Source of the DNA: Anaeramoeba ignava BMAN
Taxonomy: Eukaryota; Protista; Anaeramoebae
Assembly (NCBI GenBank): GCA_028826165.1
Contig: JAPDFW010000059.1
Span: 992,001-1,056,000, forward strand
DNA: 64,000 bases
Direction: 5' to 3'
In this document: positions 25,101 through 38,393 of the stretch, one piece after another
Numbering within the stretch: position 1 is the stretch's first letter
Layout: every line of letters starts with the position of its first letter
The notes under the pieces: model-generated
Database searches by the model: none
Told to the model about the DNA's origin: nothing
What the model saw: the letters and a program-made list of their open reading frames with translations, nothing else
Translations under genes and position numbers: made by a program

Positions 25101-27737
25101 TTATATTTTTTGATAAATGGTGAATATTTATTATAAAAAAATCTTTCTAATAATCTAAATTGTTTAATATCAATATCATATTCATTTTTGGATAATTCTT
25201 CTTCTTCTTTTCCTTTTCCTTTTTTTTCTTCATTGGTTTTTTTATTAGTTTCATTTAAATCAATTGTTATTTCATTTAAATCTTTTTCAATTTTGAAATT
25301 TGAATCTTTTTCATCTTCTTTTTCATTTCATTTCCATTTCCATTTCCATTTGCATTTGCATTTGCATTTCCATTTGCAAATGATTTTGAGAATTCACTTA
25401 AATTTAAATTTACATTTACATTTAAATCTGCATTTATTTTTTCAATCTCCTCTTGTTTTAATGTTTGTTCTAATGTTTGTTTTCTTGCTAATTTGAATTT
25501 TTTAGATTTACAACAACATTGACCTCCTCCAAAACTATCCCAAATAATAACTTTATTTGATTATAAATTTAAAATTAAAATAATTTAGTATTTTATAAAT
25601 AATAATATTATTATTAATTGAGAAATTTACTGTTTGCTGGAAACCAAGTAACAACAAGTAAATAATTCAAAACAACTGAAACTCCAGTAAATAATCCAAA
25701 ATACTTAATTGCTGGAATTGGTGAAAATAAATTTCCAAAAAATGCACCTGTTGTTGTAATTGTTGTAATTGCCATTGCTACAGATGCTCTTGAATAAGAC
25801 CATCTAAGTTTTGTATGTATATTTTTGGAAATTTCATATGATTGACATGAAGATTGTTTCCATGCATCAAGCATTATAAAAATATCATCACATCTAAATA
25901 TTATTTATTATTAAATATTTATTATTAATTATTTATTATTAATTATTAATTATTAATTATTAATTATTTAATATTTATTATTAATTATTTATTATTAATT
26001 ATTTATTATTAATTATTTATTATTAATTATTTATTATTAATTATTTATTATTAATTATTTATTATTAATTATTTATTATTTATTATTTATTATTTAATAT
26101 TTATTATTGAATATTTATTATTAATTATTTATTATTAATTATTAAATATTAAATATTTATTATTAATTATTTATTATTAATTATTTATTATTAATTATTT
26201 ATTTCTGAATATTTATTATTTAATTGAAAATACAAACCCAATTCCAAGAACAATAAACAATGATATAAAATTTAACATTGAAAAGAATTCTTCTCCAACA
26301 ATTATTCGATAAACAAAATAACTTAATGGAAATGACATAAGTACATGAAAAATTCCTAAAGAAGTAAGATATAATGATTTTGTATGAAACCAAGTATATA
26401 AAAATACAAGAACAATAGATGCAAAAATAAGTAATCCATCTTTAATAATCATTTGATCAACCATATATTGAGTTAATCCAGATCCTAAAAAAAAGAGAGA
26501 ATATTTTTGAATATTTTTAATATTTTTGAATATTATTCAATATTTTTCAATTTTCAATTTTTGATTGAATATTTGATTGAATATTTTTTGGATATTTTGA
26601 ATATTTTGAATATTTTTGAATATTTTGAATATTTTGAATATTTTCAATTTTTTGAATATTGTTGATTATTTTTGAATATTTTTGAATATTTTGAATATTT
26701 TGAATATTTTGGATATTTTGAATATTTTGAATATTATTCAATATTTTTCAATTTTCAATTTTTGATTGAATATTTGATTGAATATTTTTTGGAAAATAAT
26801 ATTAACCTAAATAATAAATTTTAAGAGAATCAGTTTCACAATCTTTTGCTTGATCTGGTACAATTCCAATAATCCAATCATTGAATTTATCTTCTTGCTG
26901 ATCTGTTCTATCTCTTCTATTATAGTATCCTTTAAGTGGAAGTCCAAAAGTATAAATACTTCGAATATATTTAGTTTTAAGATTTCCTTCATTAAAATTT
27001 TTATCAAAATAAAGAGCTGCTTCTTGTGTTGAATTTGCAATTTCTTGAGATATTTCTTGAATATTTGGTTTTAAATTTCCATATGAATCAAAATAATTGT
27101 TAATTATTGTTGATTGTAATGCACATTCTGTTTGATTTTCTTCTTTTAAACAATAATCATTATAATTCTTATGTTGGAAAATATCTTTTTCAAATTTATA
27201 AATTCTCTTAAGTTTGCTTTCTGTTAATAAATTATCACATCCAGAACATTCATAATAAAATACAACTTTCATTTGTGATTGTGTATTTTGAGCATGTGGT
27301 TGATTTTCTATTTCGTTTTTAGCTGGATCAAAAAATGTATGTTCATAAGACATTCCAACTGCATCAATTTTATCAACAACTTCTCCTGATTTAACTCTTA
27401 AGTTTTCTTCCTTTTTAAATTAAAATTAAAATTCATTTATAAAATTAAAATTCAAATTAAAATTAAAAATAAAATTAAAATTAAAATTAAAATTAAAAAT
27501 TAAATTTTAAATTCAATTTAAAATTAAAATTAAATTAAAATTTAAAATTAAAATTAAAATTAAAATTAAAATTAAAATTAAAATTAAAATCCAAATTAAA
27601 TTGTTTACAGTTGCATCAATTTTAAATGGTTTAACTGCACTTATAATTGTTAATATAAGAGTAATTCCCATTGTTATAATTAAAGTTAAGTATGGATGAT
27701 GTGAAATAAAATTTGCTAAAACTCTTCTAATTCCCAT
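22134..27737 (-). CDS. Dispatched-like RND/sterol-sensing-domain membrane protein, copy A (~1014 aa, 8 exons; one-base frameshift near 25327)
   Basis: Exons 27737-27609, 27410-26807, 26484-26238, 25893-25631, 25550-25067, 24734-24281, 23862-23395, 22528-22134. TM4 GIGCDD, TM10 GVSID, AMAITTITTTGAFF, 12-TM layout with two luminal loops. Confidence 0.88.
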
Positions 27738-28019
27738 AATTTTAAATTTTGAAAAGAAAAAAACCAAAAAATGATGAAATAAAAAAATGAATTCAAAAAT
27801 ATAATGTTTTCTTTTTATATTTTGATCGATTTTACTGATGAGTTGGCGATTTTTTGGAATTTGCATTTCTCTTTGATTAAATTGTTTCATCAAATTTTTT
27901 TTGGCAATTTCGTTTTTATAAAAAAAAAAAAACTTTTTTTTTAAGAATTTGGTGGTTGGTTGTTTCATCTTTTTTCCTGTAAAAGGGTTTTTTATTGTTT
28001 TTTTTTAATCATTTAATTT

Positions 28020-30530
28020 GGAATTTGATTTAAAAATTTATTTAAAAATTGATTTAAAAATTGATTTAAATATTGATTTAAATATTGATTTAGAAATTGA
28101 TTTAAAAATTTATTTAAAAATTGATTTAAAAATTGATTTATATTTAATTTAGATTTAATTTAGATTTAATTTAGATTTAATTTAGATTTAATTTAGATTT
28201 AATTTAGATTTAATTTAGATTTAATTTAGATTGAATTTAGATTTAATTTAGATTTAATTTAGATTTAATTTAGATTTAATTTTAGATTGAATTTAGATTT
28301 AATTTAGATTTAATTTTTATTTAATTTATATTTAATTTTAGATTTAATTTATATTTAATTTATATTTAATTTTAGATTTAATTTAGATTTAATTTAGATT
28401 TTTAATTTTTAATTTTAATTTTAATTTTTGATTTAATTTATATTTAATTTATATTTAATTTATATTTAATTTATATTTAATTTAGATTTAATTTAGATTT
28501 AATTTAGATTGAATTTAGATTTAATTTAGATTTAATTTTTAATTTAATTTTATTTAATTTATATTTAATTTATATTTAATTTAGATTTAATTTAGATTTA
28601 ATTTAGATTTAATTTAGATTTAATTTAGATTTAATTTAGATTTAATTTATATTTAATTTATATTTAATTTATATTTAATTTATATTTAATTTAGATTGAG
28701 CCTTTTTTCGAGAAGATGCCGTGAATTCCTTTCATATTAAAAATAAAGGAATATTGATTCAGAATATCCATTTCAAATTAATTTTTCTGACAAATTTTTG
28801 AATCAAAATTCTGGACAAAATTAAAATAATAAAATTTCTTAACCTCCAAATTCAAATTTTTTTCATTAACAAAATTTTCAAGTTATTCAAGATAAAGTTC
28901 ATAATTAAAAAAAAGGATCAATTTAAAATGCTATTTGAATGAAAATTTTCTTAGTTTATTTTTCTTTTTTCAAATTATTTTTCGATATTTTCCAACATTT
29001 GACTTCTTCTTCATTTGCACATAAATTCTTTATGGAAATTTAAATTTATGATATTTTTGGTATTCTGTTATTTTCTCATTTCTGAGATATTCATTTTAAT
29101 TTTATTTGTGAAGTGAAGACTTTAAGAATGAGTGATTTCATCAATTAAATCTAGAGAATCATCTACATTAAATTTCTTGTTTTTGATCCTTCTTTTCTTT
29201 TTGATTTTATTGATCATCATGTTGATCTTGATTCACTAATTTTAGTTGATTTTCATTTTCCTTTATGTCCATTTAATTTAACTTACTTATATGAGAAAAA
29301 TTAATATTAGTTTTTTCTTCTAAATAATTATTCCTTTTTATATCACTCTTCTTCTTTAAAATTTTAATTATATTTTTCAATTCTTTCTTGAATTTATTGG
29401 GATTAATATTAACTATTCCTTTTTCTTGAAAATTTTTTTATCATTTTGAAAATATGTTGGCCATTGATTTGCCTTCCTTTTATATTAAGTTTGATCCATT
29501 TATTATAAATTTCTTTCTTTTTAAAAGAATTTATATTGAAAAAAAAAATGAAATATAATAGATTTATATTAAAATAAAAAAAAGAGAGAAGTTAAATGAT
29601 TTTTTTTAACGGTTTTTGTTTGTTTTGATTTGGAGATCAAGTTTGAACCCTCTTCTCCCAACTTGCTAAAAAAATCATTTGGAAAATCTTTTTGTTTGAA
29701 AGTTTTTAGAAGTCGTTTAAAAGATGATTTTTTTAGCAAGTTGGGAGAACATATCTGAATTACTTGATTGTGTTAAAATTAAATTATAATTTTTGATATA
29801 AGAATTGAAAATATATTAATTCATATCATTTTGAAAGTTATGATTTATTTGGGATTATTTTATGACTGAAAATATTATAGAAAAAAATTCAAAAATAAGT
29901 AAAAAATTTCCTTTTTCAAAAAATGTTTTTTTTTATTCTCATTCAAAAAATGATAACAAAAAAGAACATCAATCGATTTGGAATTTCTTATAATTTATTT
30001 TTATTTCATGTGAATAAACAGAAAATGAATTTTGGCAAAATTTCACGGCATCTTCTCGAAAAAAGGCTCATTGAATTTAGATTTAATTTAGATTTGATTT
30101 AGATTTAATTTAGATTTAATTTAGATTTAATTTAGATTTAATTTAGATTTAATTTAGATTTAATTTATATTTAATTTATATTTAATTTAGATTTAATTTA
30201 GATTTAATTTAGATTTAATTTAGATTTAATTTAATTTAGATTTAATTTAGATTTAATTTAGATTTAATTTAGATTTAATTTATATTTAATTTATATTTAA
30301 TTTATATTTAATTTAGATTTAATTTAGATTTAATTTAGATTTAATTTAGATTGAATTTAGATTTAATTTAGATTTAATTTTTATTTAATTTTTATTTAAT
30401 TTATATTTAATTTAGATTTAATTTAGATTTAATTTTTATTTAATTTTTAATTAATTTAGATTTAATTTATATTTAATTTAGATTTAATTTATATTTAATT
30501 TAGATTTAATTTAGATTTAATTTTTAATTA
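28020..30530. repeat. Intergenic AT-rich array, mainly 11-nt (GATTTAATTTA)n, interrupted by a TIR element
   Basis: 11-nt units at ~28140-28697 and 30070-30530; a related 12-nt unit at 28020-28140. Confidence 0.9.
28698..30069. mobile_element. Non-autonomous TIR element (1372 bp), perfect 28-bp TIRs, 3-bp ATT TSD
   Basis: GAGCCTTTTTTCGAGAAGATGCCGTGAA at 28698-28725 and its reverse complement at 30042-30069. ATT at 28695-28697 and 30070-30072. Internal perfect 26-bp IR 29653-29678 / 29724-29749. Confidence 0.9.
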
Positions 30531-30844
30531 ATTTTGAAATGAGAAAACAAATTCTACAAAAGAAACAAACAATTTTTTTAACTCATGATTTGTTGGTATT
30601 TTTGTTTTTGTTTTTGAAATAGCTCATGATTTGTTTTTATTTTTGTTTTTGTTGATTGGTTTTTTAATTTGAAAAAAAAATAATTAAAGAAAGAAAGAAA
30701 AGAGAAAAATGAAAAAAAAATTATTGTTGTTTTTTAATTTAAAAATAATTTAAAAAAAAAATGAAAAAAAAAATAATTAAGATTTTGTTTTTTTTTGTCA
30801 CAAAAAAATAATCAATTCCAATTTTTATTTTTAATTTTTTTCTT

Positions 30845-31320
30845 TAAATTTTAATTTTAATTTTAATTTTAATTTTAATTTTAATTTTAATTTTAATTTT
30901 AATTTTAATTTTAATTTTGATTTTAATTTTAATTTTAATTTTAATTTTAATTTTAATTTTAATTTTAATTTTAATTTTGATTTTGATTTTGATTTTAATT
31001 TTGATTTTGATTTTAATTTTGATTTTGATTTTGATTTTAATTTTGATTTTAATTTTAATTTTGATTTTGATTTTGATTTTAATTTTTAAATTTTAATTTT
31101 GATTTTGATTTTGATTATATTTTAATTTTAATTTTAATTTTGATTTTTATTTTGATTTTAATTTTGATTTTAATTTTGATTTTGATTTTGATTTTGATTT
31201 TAATTTTTGATTTTAATTTTGATTTTAATTTTAAATTTGATTTTAATTTTGATTTTAATTTTGATTTTAATTTTAATTTTGATTTTGATTTTGATTTTAA
31301 TTTTAATTTTTATTTTGATT
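30845..31320. repeat. (AATTTT/GATTTT)n hexamer array
   Basis: Direct reading. Confidence 0.9.
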
Positions 31321-31403
31321 GAATTTTTTTTTTTTGAGATCAAAGAAACCAAAATGGAAAAAGGGAATAAAATAAAAAGAAATTGAATTGATTTTTGATT
31401 TTT

Positions 31404-34400
31404 TTAAATCATTTCATTGCTTGATGAAGTATCTGGACTGTAAATTTTTAAAGGTATTTCATTTTCATTTTGATTTTGATTTTGATTTTCATTTTGATTT
31501 TGATTTTCATTTTCATTTTCATTTTGATCTTGGTTTTGATTTTTATTTTTATTCTTTTTTCGACATTTGAAACAAGGGAAACATTTTCCCAAAATATAAG
31601 TAAAATTTGTTTTTTTTGTTTCAGGTCCAATTAATGTAAGAATTGAAAAGAAAAATACGAATGACCATAATACACTAAATACAATAACAAGCCATAATAT
31701 AACTCCAAAATTTCTAAAAAATAATATAATTGTAAAAAATAAAACAAATGCTGCTCCTAATGTTGTTATTGCTGCTGAAAATACTGAAATTCCTAAATCA
31801 GTCATTGCATATCTAACTTTTAAATATCTTGTTGGTAAATTTCGATGAGTATAAGAATGAGCAAAATGAACAACATAATCTATTTAAAAATATTATATCA
31901 GTTAAAAATATTAAATTAATTTCAAAATATTATATCAATTAAAAATATTAAATTAATTTCAAAATATTAAATTAAATTAAAATAATATATTAATTCAAAA
32001 TATTATATTAATTCAAAATATTATATTATTTCAAAATATTATATTAATTAAAAATATTATATTAATTTTAAAATATTTTATTTATCCAAAATATTATATT
32101 AATTTTAAAATATTATATTAATTTTAAAATATTAAATTAATTCAAAATATTATATTATTTAAAAATATTATATTAATTTCAAAATATTATATTTATTCCA
32201 AAATATTATATTTATTTCAAAAATATTATATTTATTTCAAAATATTATATTAATTTAAAATATTATATTTATTTCAAAATATTATATTAATTTAAAATAT
32301 TAAATTAATTCAAAATATTATATTAATTCAAAATATTATATTTATTTCAAAATATTATATTAATTAAAAATATTATATTAATTTAAAATATTATATTAAT
32401 TTAAAATATTATATTAATTTAAAAATATTATATTAATTTAAAATATTAAATTATTTAAAAATATTATATTAATCCAAAATATTATATTATTTAAAAATAT
32501 TATATTAATTTAAAATATTTTATTAATTCAAAATATTATATTAATTTAAAAATATAATATTATTTATTATTGAAAACTTACCAACACTAACTCCAACAAT
32601 AATTGTAAGTGTAACTGATTCAATAATTCCGAGATCCCATCCAATAGCAACAATAACTCCAATTACACAAAGAACAATTCCCAAAATTGAGAAAAGTGAA
32701 AAAAAACTTGTAATAATATTATCAGTTGATATCATAATAACAACAGCAGCAATACAAAATGAAGTTATCATATTATATAAGGCAACATTTATCAAACTTT
32801 CTTCTGTTAACATCCTTACCCAAATATCACATGCACTAAATGCACCACTCATTCCAGTTGGTGCATTATCATTAATTTCTTGAACAAAATCTTGAAGATC
32901 ATCAAAATAAGGACGTGTTTTTTTGGCTGGATCTCTATCTCCTAATGTAAGATTAGCAATAATTGCAAAATATACAAGCTGTGATGTTTTTTCATCAAAT
33001 CTAATTCCTGCTTGATAATATGATCGAACTTTGAATGATTCTGCATCAACTATTTAATTTTAATTTTAATTTTAATTTTGATTTTAATTATAATTTTGAT
33101 TTTGATTTTGATTTTAAATTTTGATTTTGATTTTGATTTTGATTTTAATTTTGATTTTGATTTTGATTTTGATTTTGATTTTAATTTTGATTTAAATTTT
33201 AATTTTAATTTTGATTTTAATTTTAATTTTGATTTTGATTTTGATTTTGATTTTGATTTTAATTTTGATTTTAATTTTAATTTTGATTTTGATTTTAATT
33301 TTGATTTTAATTTTTACCTGTATCATCTCCATAATATTGAGCATAAGAAAGAAGTGCTGTATTAAATATTGAACTATTTACAGGAAATCCATTATATTCT
33401 CCTGATAGTGTTAAATTATTAATATAATCTCTAAAATCTTCCATAAAACAAAATACTTGATAATCTTTAACAGCAGATAAATTTCTAACTTTTTGACAAA
33501 CATCAATAAAATATAATTGAGCTTCTTCTGTTGTTGGATTCCAATCTCCATCATAAATAACTTCTCCTAAATTTTCTGTATCCATTGGATCAACAGTACT
33601 TCGATCCAATTCACTAATTCCCCATCCAATATGATATCCATATGGAACATCAGCCATTTGAAAGTAAGTTTTTTGAATATCAAATGGTCTTCTTATAGGA
33701 TTATCTTTTTTAAGAAATTGAGCTGGTTCTGATGCTGGTTTTAGATGTGTTGTTCCAAAAATTCCAAGTCCCTTTTGTTTTTTTTGAATAAAATAAATAA
33801 ATAATTCAATAATTAAATCAATAAATAAATCAATAATTAAATCAATAATTAAATCAATAATTAAATAAATAATTAAATTAATAATTAAATCAATAATTAA
33901 ATTAATAATTAAATCAATAATTAAATCATTAATTAAATCAATAATTAAATCAATAATTAAATTAATAAATAAATTAATAATTAAATTAATAAATAAATCA
34001 ATAATTAAATCAATAAATAAATTAATTTACCATCAGTATTAAAAATAATATTATCAAAAATATTTTATATTTTTTGATAAATGGTGAATATTTATTATAA
34101 AAAAATCTTTCTAATAATCTAAATTTTTTAATATCAATATCATATTCATTTTTGGATAATTCTTCTTCTTCTTTTCCTTTTCCTTTTTTTTCTTCATTGG
34201 TTTTTTTATTAGTTTCATTTAAATCAATTGTTATTTCATTTAAATCTTTTTCATCTTCTTTTTCATTTCCATTTCCATTTGCATTTCCATTTCCATTTGC
34301 AGCCTGTTTTTGTTTTTCAATATCCTTTTTATCATCCTTTTCATCTTGTTTTTCAATATCCTCTTGTTTTAATGTTTGTTCTAATGCTTGTTTTCTTGCT

Positions 34401-36440
34401 AATTTGAATTTTTTAGATTTACAACAACATTGACCTCCTCCAAAACTATCCCAAATAATAACTTTATTTGATTATAAATTTAAAATTAAAATAATTTAGT
34501 ATTTTATAAATAATAATATTATTATTAATTGAGGAATTTACTGTTTGCTGGAAACCAAGTAACAACAAGTAAATAATTCAAAACAACTGAAACTCCAGTA
34601 AATAATCCAAAATACTTAATTGCTGGAATTGGTGAAAATAAATTTCCAAAAAATGCACCTGTTGTTGTAGTTGTTGTAATTGCCATTGCTACAGATGCTC
34701 TTGAATAAGACCATCTAAGTTTTGTATGTATATTTTTGGAAATTTCATATGATTGACATGAAGATTGTTTCCATGCATCAAGCATTATAAAAATATCATC
34801 ACATCTAAATATTATTTATTATTTATTATTAATTATTTATTATTAATTATTTATTATTAATTATTTATTATTAATTATTTATTATTAAATATTTATTATT
34901 AATTATTTATTTTTTATTATTAATTATTTAATATTTATTATTTATTGTTGATTATTTATTATTAAATATTTAATATTGATTATTTATTATTTAATATTTA
35001 TTATTGAATATTTATTATTAATTATTTATTATTAATTATTAAATATTAAATATTTATTATTAATTATTTATTATTAATTATTTATTATTAATTATTTATT
35101 TCTGAATATTTATTATTTAATTGAAAATACAAACCCAATTCCAAGAACAATAAACAATGATATAAAATTTAACATTGAAAAGAATTCTTCTCCAACAATT
35201 ATTCGATAAACAAAATAACTTAATGGAAATGACATAAGTACATGAAAAATTCCTAAAGAAGTAAGATATAATGATCTTGTATGAAACCAAGTATATAAAA
35301 ATACAAGAACAATAGATGCAAAAATAAGCGATCCATCTTTAATAATCATTTGATCAACCATATATTGAGTTAATCCAGATCCTAAAAAAAAAGAGAGAAT
35401 ATTTTTTGAATATTTTGAATATTTTTGAATATTATTCAATATTTTTCAATTTTTCAATTTTTGATTGAATATTTTTGAATATTTTTTGGAAAATAATATT
35501 AACCTAAATAATAAATTTTAAGAGAATCAGTTTCACAATCTTTTGCTTGATCTGGTACAATTCCAATAATCCAATCATTGAATTTGTCTTCTTGTTGGCT
35601 GGTTCTATCTTTTCTATTATAATATCCTTTAAGTGGAAGTCCAAATTTATAAATACTTCGAATATATTTAGTTTTAAGATTTCCTTCATTAAAATTTTTA
35701 TCAAAATAAAGAGCTGCGTCCTCTGTTGAATTTGCAATTTCTTGAGATATTTCTTGAATATTTGGTTTTAAATTTCCATATGAATCAAAATAATTATTAA
35801 TTATTGTTGATTGTAATGCACATTCTGTTTGATTTTCTTCTTTTAAACAATAATCATTATAATGATTATCTTTGAAAATATCTTTTTCAAATTTATAAAT
35901 TCTCTTAAGTTTGCTTTCTGTTAATAAATTATCACATCCAGAACATTCATAATAAAATACAACTTTCATTTGTGATTGTGTATTTTGAGCATGTGGTTGA
36001 TTTTCAATTTCGTTTTTAGCTGGATCAAAAAATGTACGTTCATAAGACATTCCAACTGCATCAATTTTATCAACAACTTCTCCTGATTTAACTCTTAAGT
36101 TTTCTTCCTTTTTAAATTAAAATTAAAATTAAAATTAAAATTAAAATTAAAATTAAAATTAAAATTAAAATCAAAATTAAAATCAAAATTAAAATTAAAA
36201 TTAAAATTAAAATTAAAATTAAAATTTAAAATTAAAATTAAAATTTAAATTAAAATTAAAATTAAAATTAAAATTCATTTATAAAATTAAAATTAAAATT
36301 AAATTGTTTACAGTTGCATCAATTTTAAATGGTTTAATTCCACTTATAATTGTTAATATAAGAGTAATTCCCATTGTTATAATTAAAGTTAAGTATGGAT
36401 GATGTGAAATAAAATTTGAAAATGCGTTTCTAATTCCCAT
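31404..36440 (-). CDS. Dispatched-like RND/SSD membrane protein, copy B (8 exons, intact frame)
   Basis: Exons 36440-36312, 36107-35504, 35381-35135, 34804-34542, 34461-34031, 33771-33318, 33049-32582, 31879-31404. Near-identical to copy A with the same intron positions. GIGCDD and GVSVD motifs. Confidence 0.9.
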
Positions 36441-36659
36441 AATTTTAAATTTAAAAAAGAAAAAAATTTAGAAAAAAAACAAATAATAAAGCAAAAAAAT
36501 AAAGAAAGAAAAAAAATGAAAATGATTGAATAATTTAAAAACGATCTTTTTAGTGAGTTGGCAATTTTTAAAATTTGCATTTCTCTTTGATTATTATTAT
36601 TTTTTTTTGACATTATTATTTTTATTGAGATTTACTTTTAAATTCTTAATTTCAATTTC

Positions 36660-37975
36660 AATTTCTAATTAAATATTAAATTAAATATTAAATTAAATAT
36701 TAAATTAAATATTAAATTAAATATTGAATATTAAATAAAATTAAATATTAAAATTAAAATTAAAATTAAAATTAAAAATATTGAATTAAAATTTAAAATT
36801 AAAATTAAAATTAAAATATTAAAATTAAAATTAAAATTAAAATTAAAATTAAAAATTAAAATTGAATTGAAAATTAAATATTGAATTCAAATTTGAAATA
36901 TTAAAATTGAATTTACAGTTGGCCAAATAAAATTTTTAAAATTAAATTAAATTTAATTGAATATTATTGAATTAATTGTTAATATAATTGAATTGAATAT
37001 TGAATTGAAATTCCCATTGTTAATATATAATTAAAATTAAATTAAATATGATGAATATTGAAATAAAATTTGAAAATGCGTTTCTAATTATTAAATTTAA
37101 AAAAACAAATAATAAAGCAAAAATAAGAAAAATGAAAATGATTGAATAATTTAAAAACGATCTTTTTAGTGAGTTGGCAATTTTTAAAATTTGCATTTCT
37201 CTTTGATTATTATTATTTTTGACATTATTATTATTTTTATTGAATTTGGGTAAATTTTTAAATTTAAAATAAATATTTTCAATTTTAAAATATAAATATT
37301 AAATATTAAATTAAAATAAATTAAATATTAAAAATAAAATTAAAATATTAAATTATTAAATAAATTAAATATTAATATTAAATTAAATATTGAATAAAAT
37401 TGAAATTAAATTGAAATATTGAATTAAATATTGAATATTGAATATTAAATATTGAATTGAATATTGAATTATTGAATTAAATATATTGAATTGAATTAAA
37501 TTAAATATTAAATATTGAATATCGAATATTAAATATTAAAATTAAATATTTGAAATTGAATATTGAATTAAATATTGAATTGAATATTGAATTAAATTAA
37601 AATTAAAAATATAAATATTAAAATGAATTGAATATTGAATATAAAAATAAATTAAAATGAATTAAATATTAAATATTGAATTGAATTAAATATTAAATAT
37701 TGAATGTGAATTGAATATTAAATTGAATATTAAATATTGAATTGAATATTAAATTGAATATTAAATTAAATTAAATATGAATTTAAATATTGAATTGAAA
37801 TATTGAATTGAAATTGAATTGAATTAAATATTAAATATTGAATTAAATTAAAATTAAATATTGAATTGAATATTGAATTGAATTGAATTGAATATTGAAT
37901 ATTAAATTGAATATTGAATTAAAATTAAATTGAATTAAATTGAATATTGAATTAAATATTGAATATTAAATTGAA
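36660..37975. repeat. Degenerate (AATTG/AATATTG/AAATT)n low-complexity tract containing a garbled copy of the Dispatched-B 5' end
   Basis: Direct reading; ~37095-37235 matches ~36470-36620. Confidence 0.8.
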
Positions 37976-38126
37976 GGATACCTTTAAATATACATGTTCC
38001 AAAAAAAGAATTAAAAATTAAAATTAAAAATTAAAAAAATAAAAAATGAAAAAACAAAAAAAAACTAAAAAATTGTTAAAGTTTTGTTTTTTTATTTTTT
38101 ATTTTTATTTTTTTTTATTTAGAAAA

Positions 38127-38393
38127 ATGGAAGAAAAAATAAATGAATTATTAAATAGAATTACAATCATTGAAACTCAATTAAGAACAGGAAGTAAAAA
38201 CCAAATTGGAAATGAAACACAAACAAATGAACTATTGGAAACAGCTTTAAATAAATTAGAAGAAAATGAAAGAAATGAATTTCAAATTTTAATTCAAACC
38301 AATAAAGTTTATCAAGAAAAAATAAAAGAATTAGAAGCAGAAATTAATAAACAAAATTACAGAATTACACATTTAAAAAAGCATATAAATTAA
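38127..38393 (+). CDS. Small coiled-coil protein (88 aa)
   Basis: ATG at 38127. Heptad-rich sequence ending ELEAEINKQNYRITHLKKHIN. Confidence 0.6.
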   Translation: MEEKINELLNRITIIETQLRTGSKNQIGNETQTNELLETALNKLEENERNEFQILIQTNKVYQEKIKELEAEINKQNYRITHLKKHIN

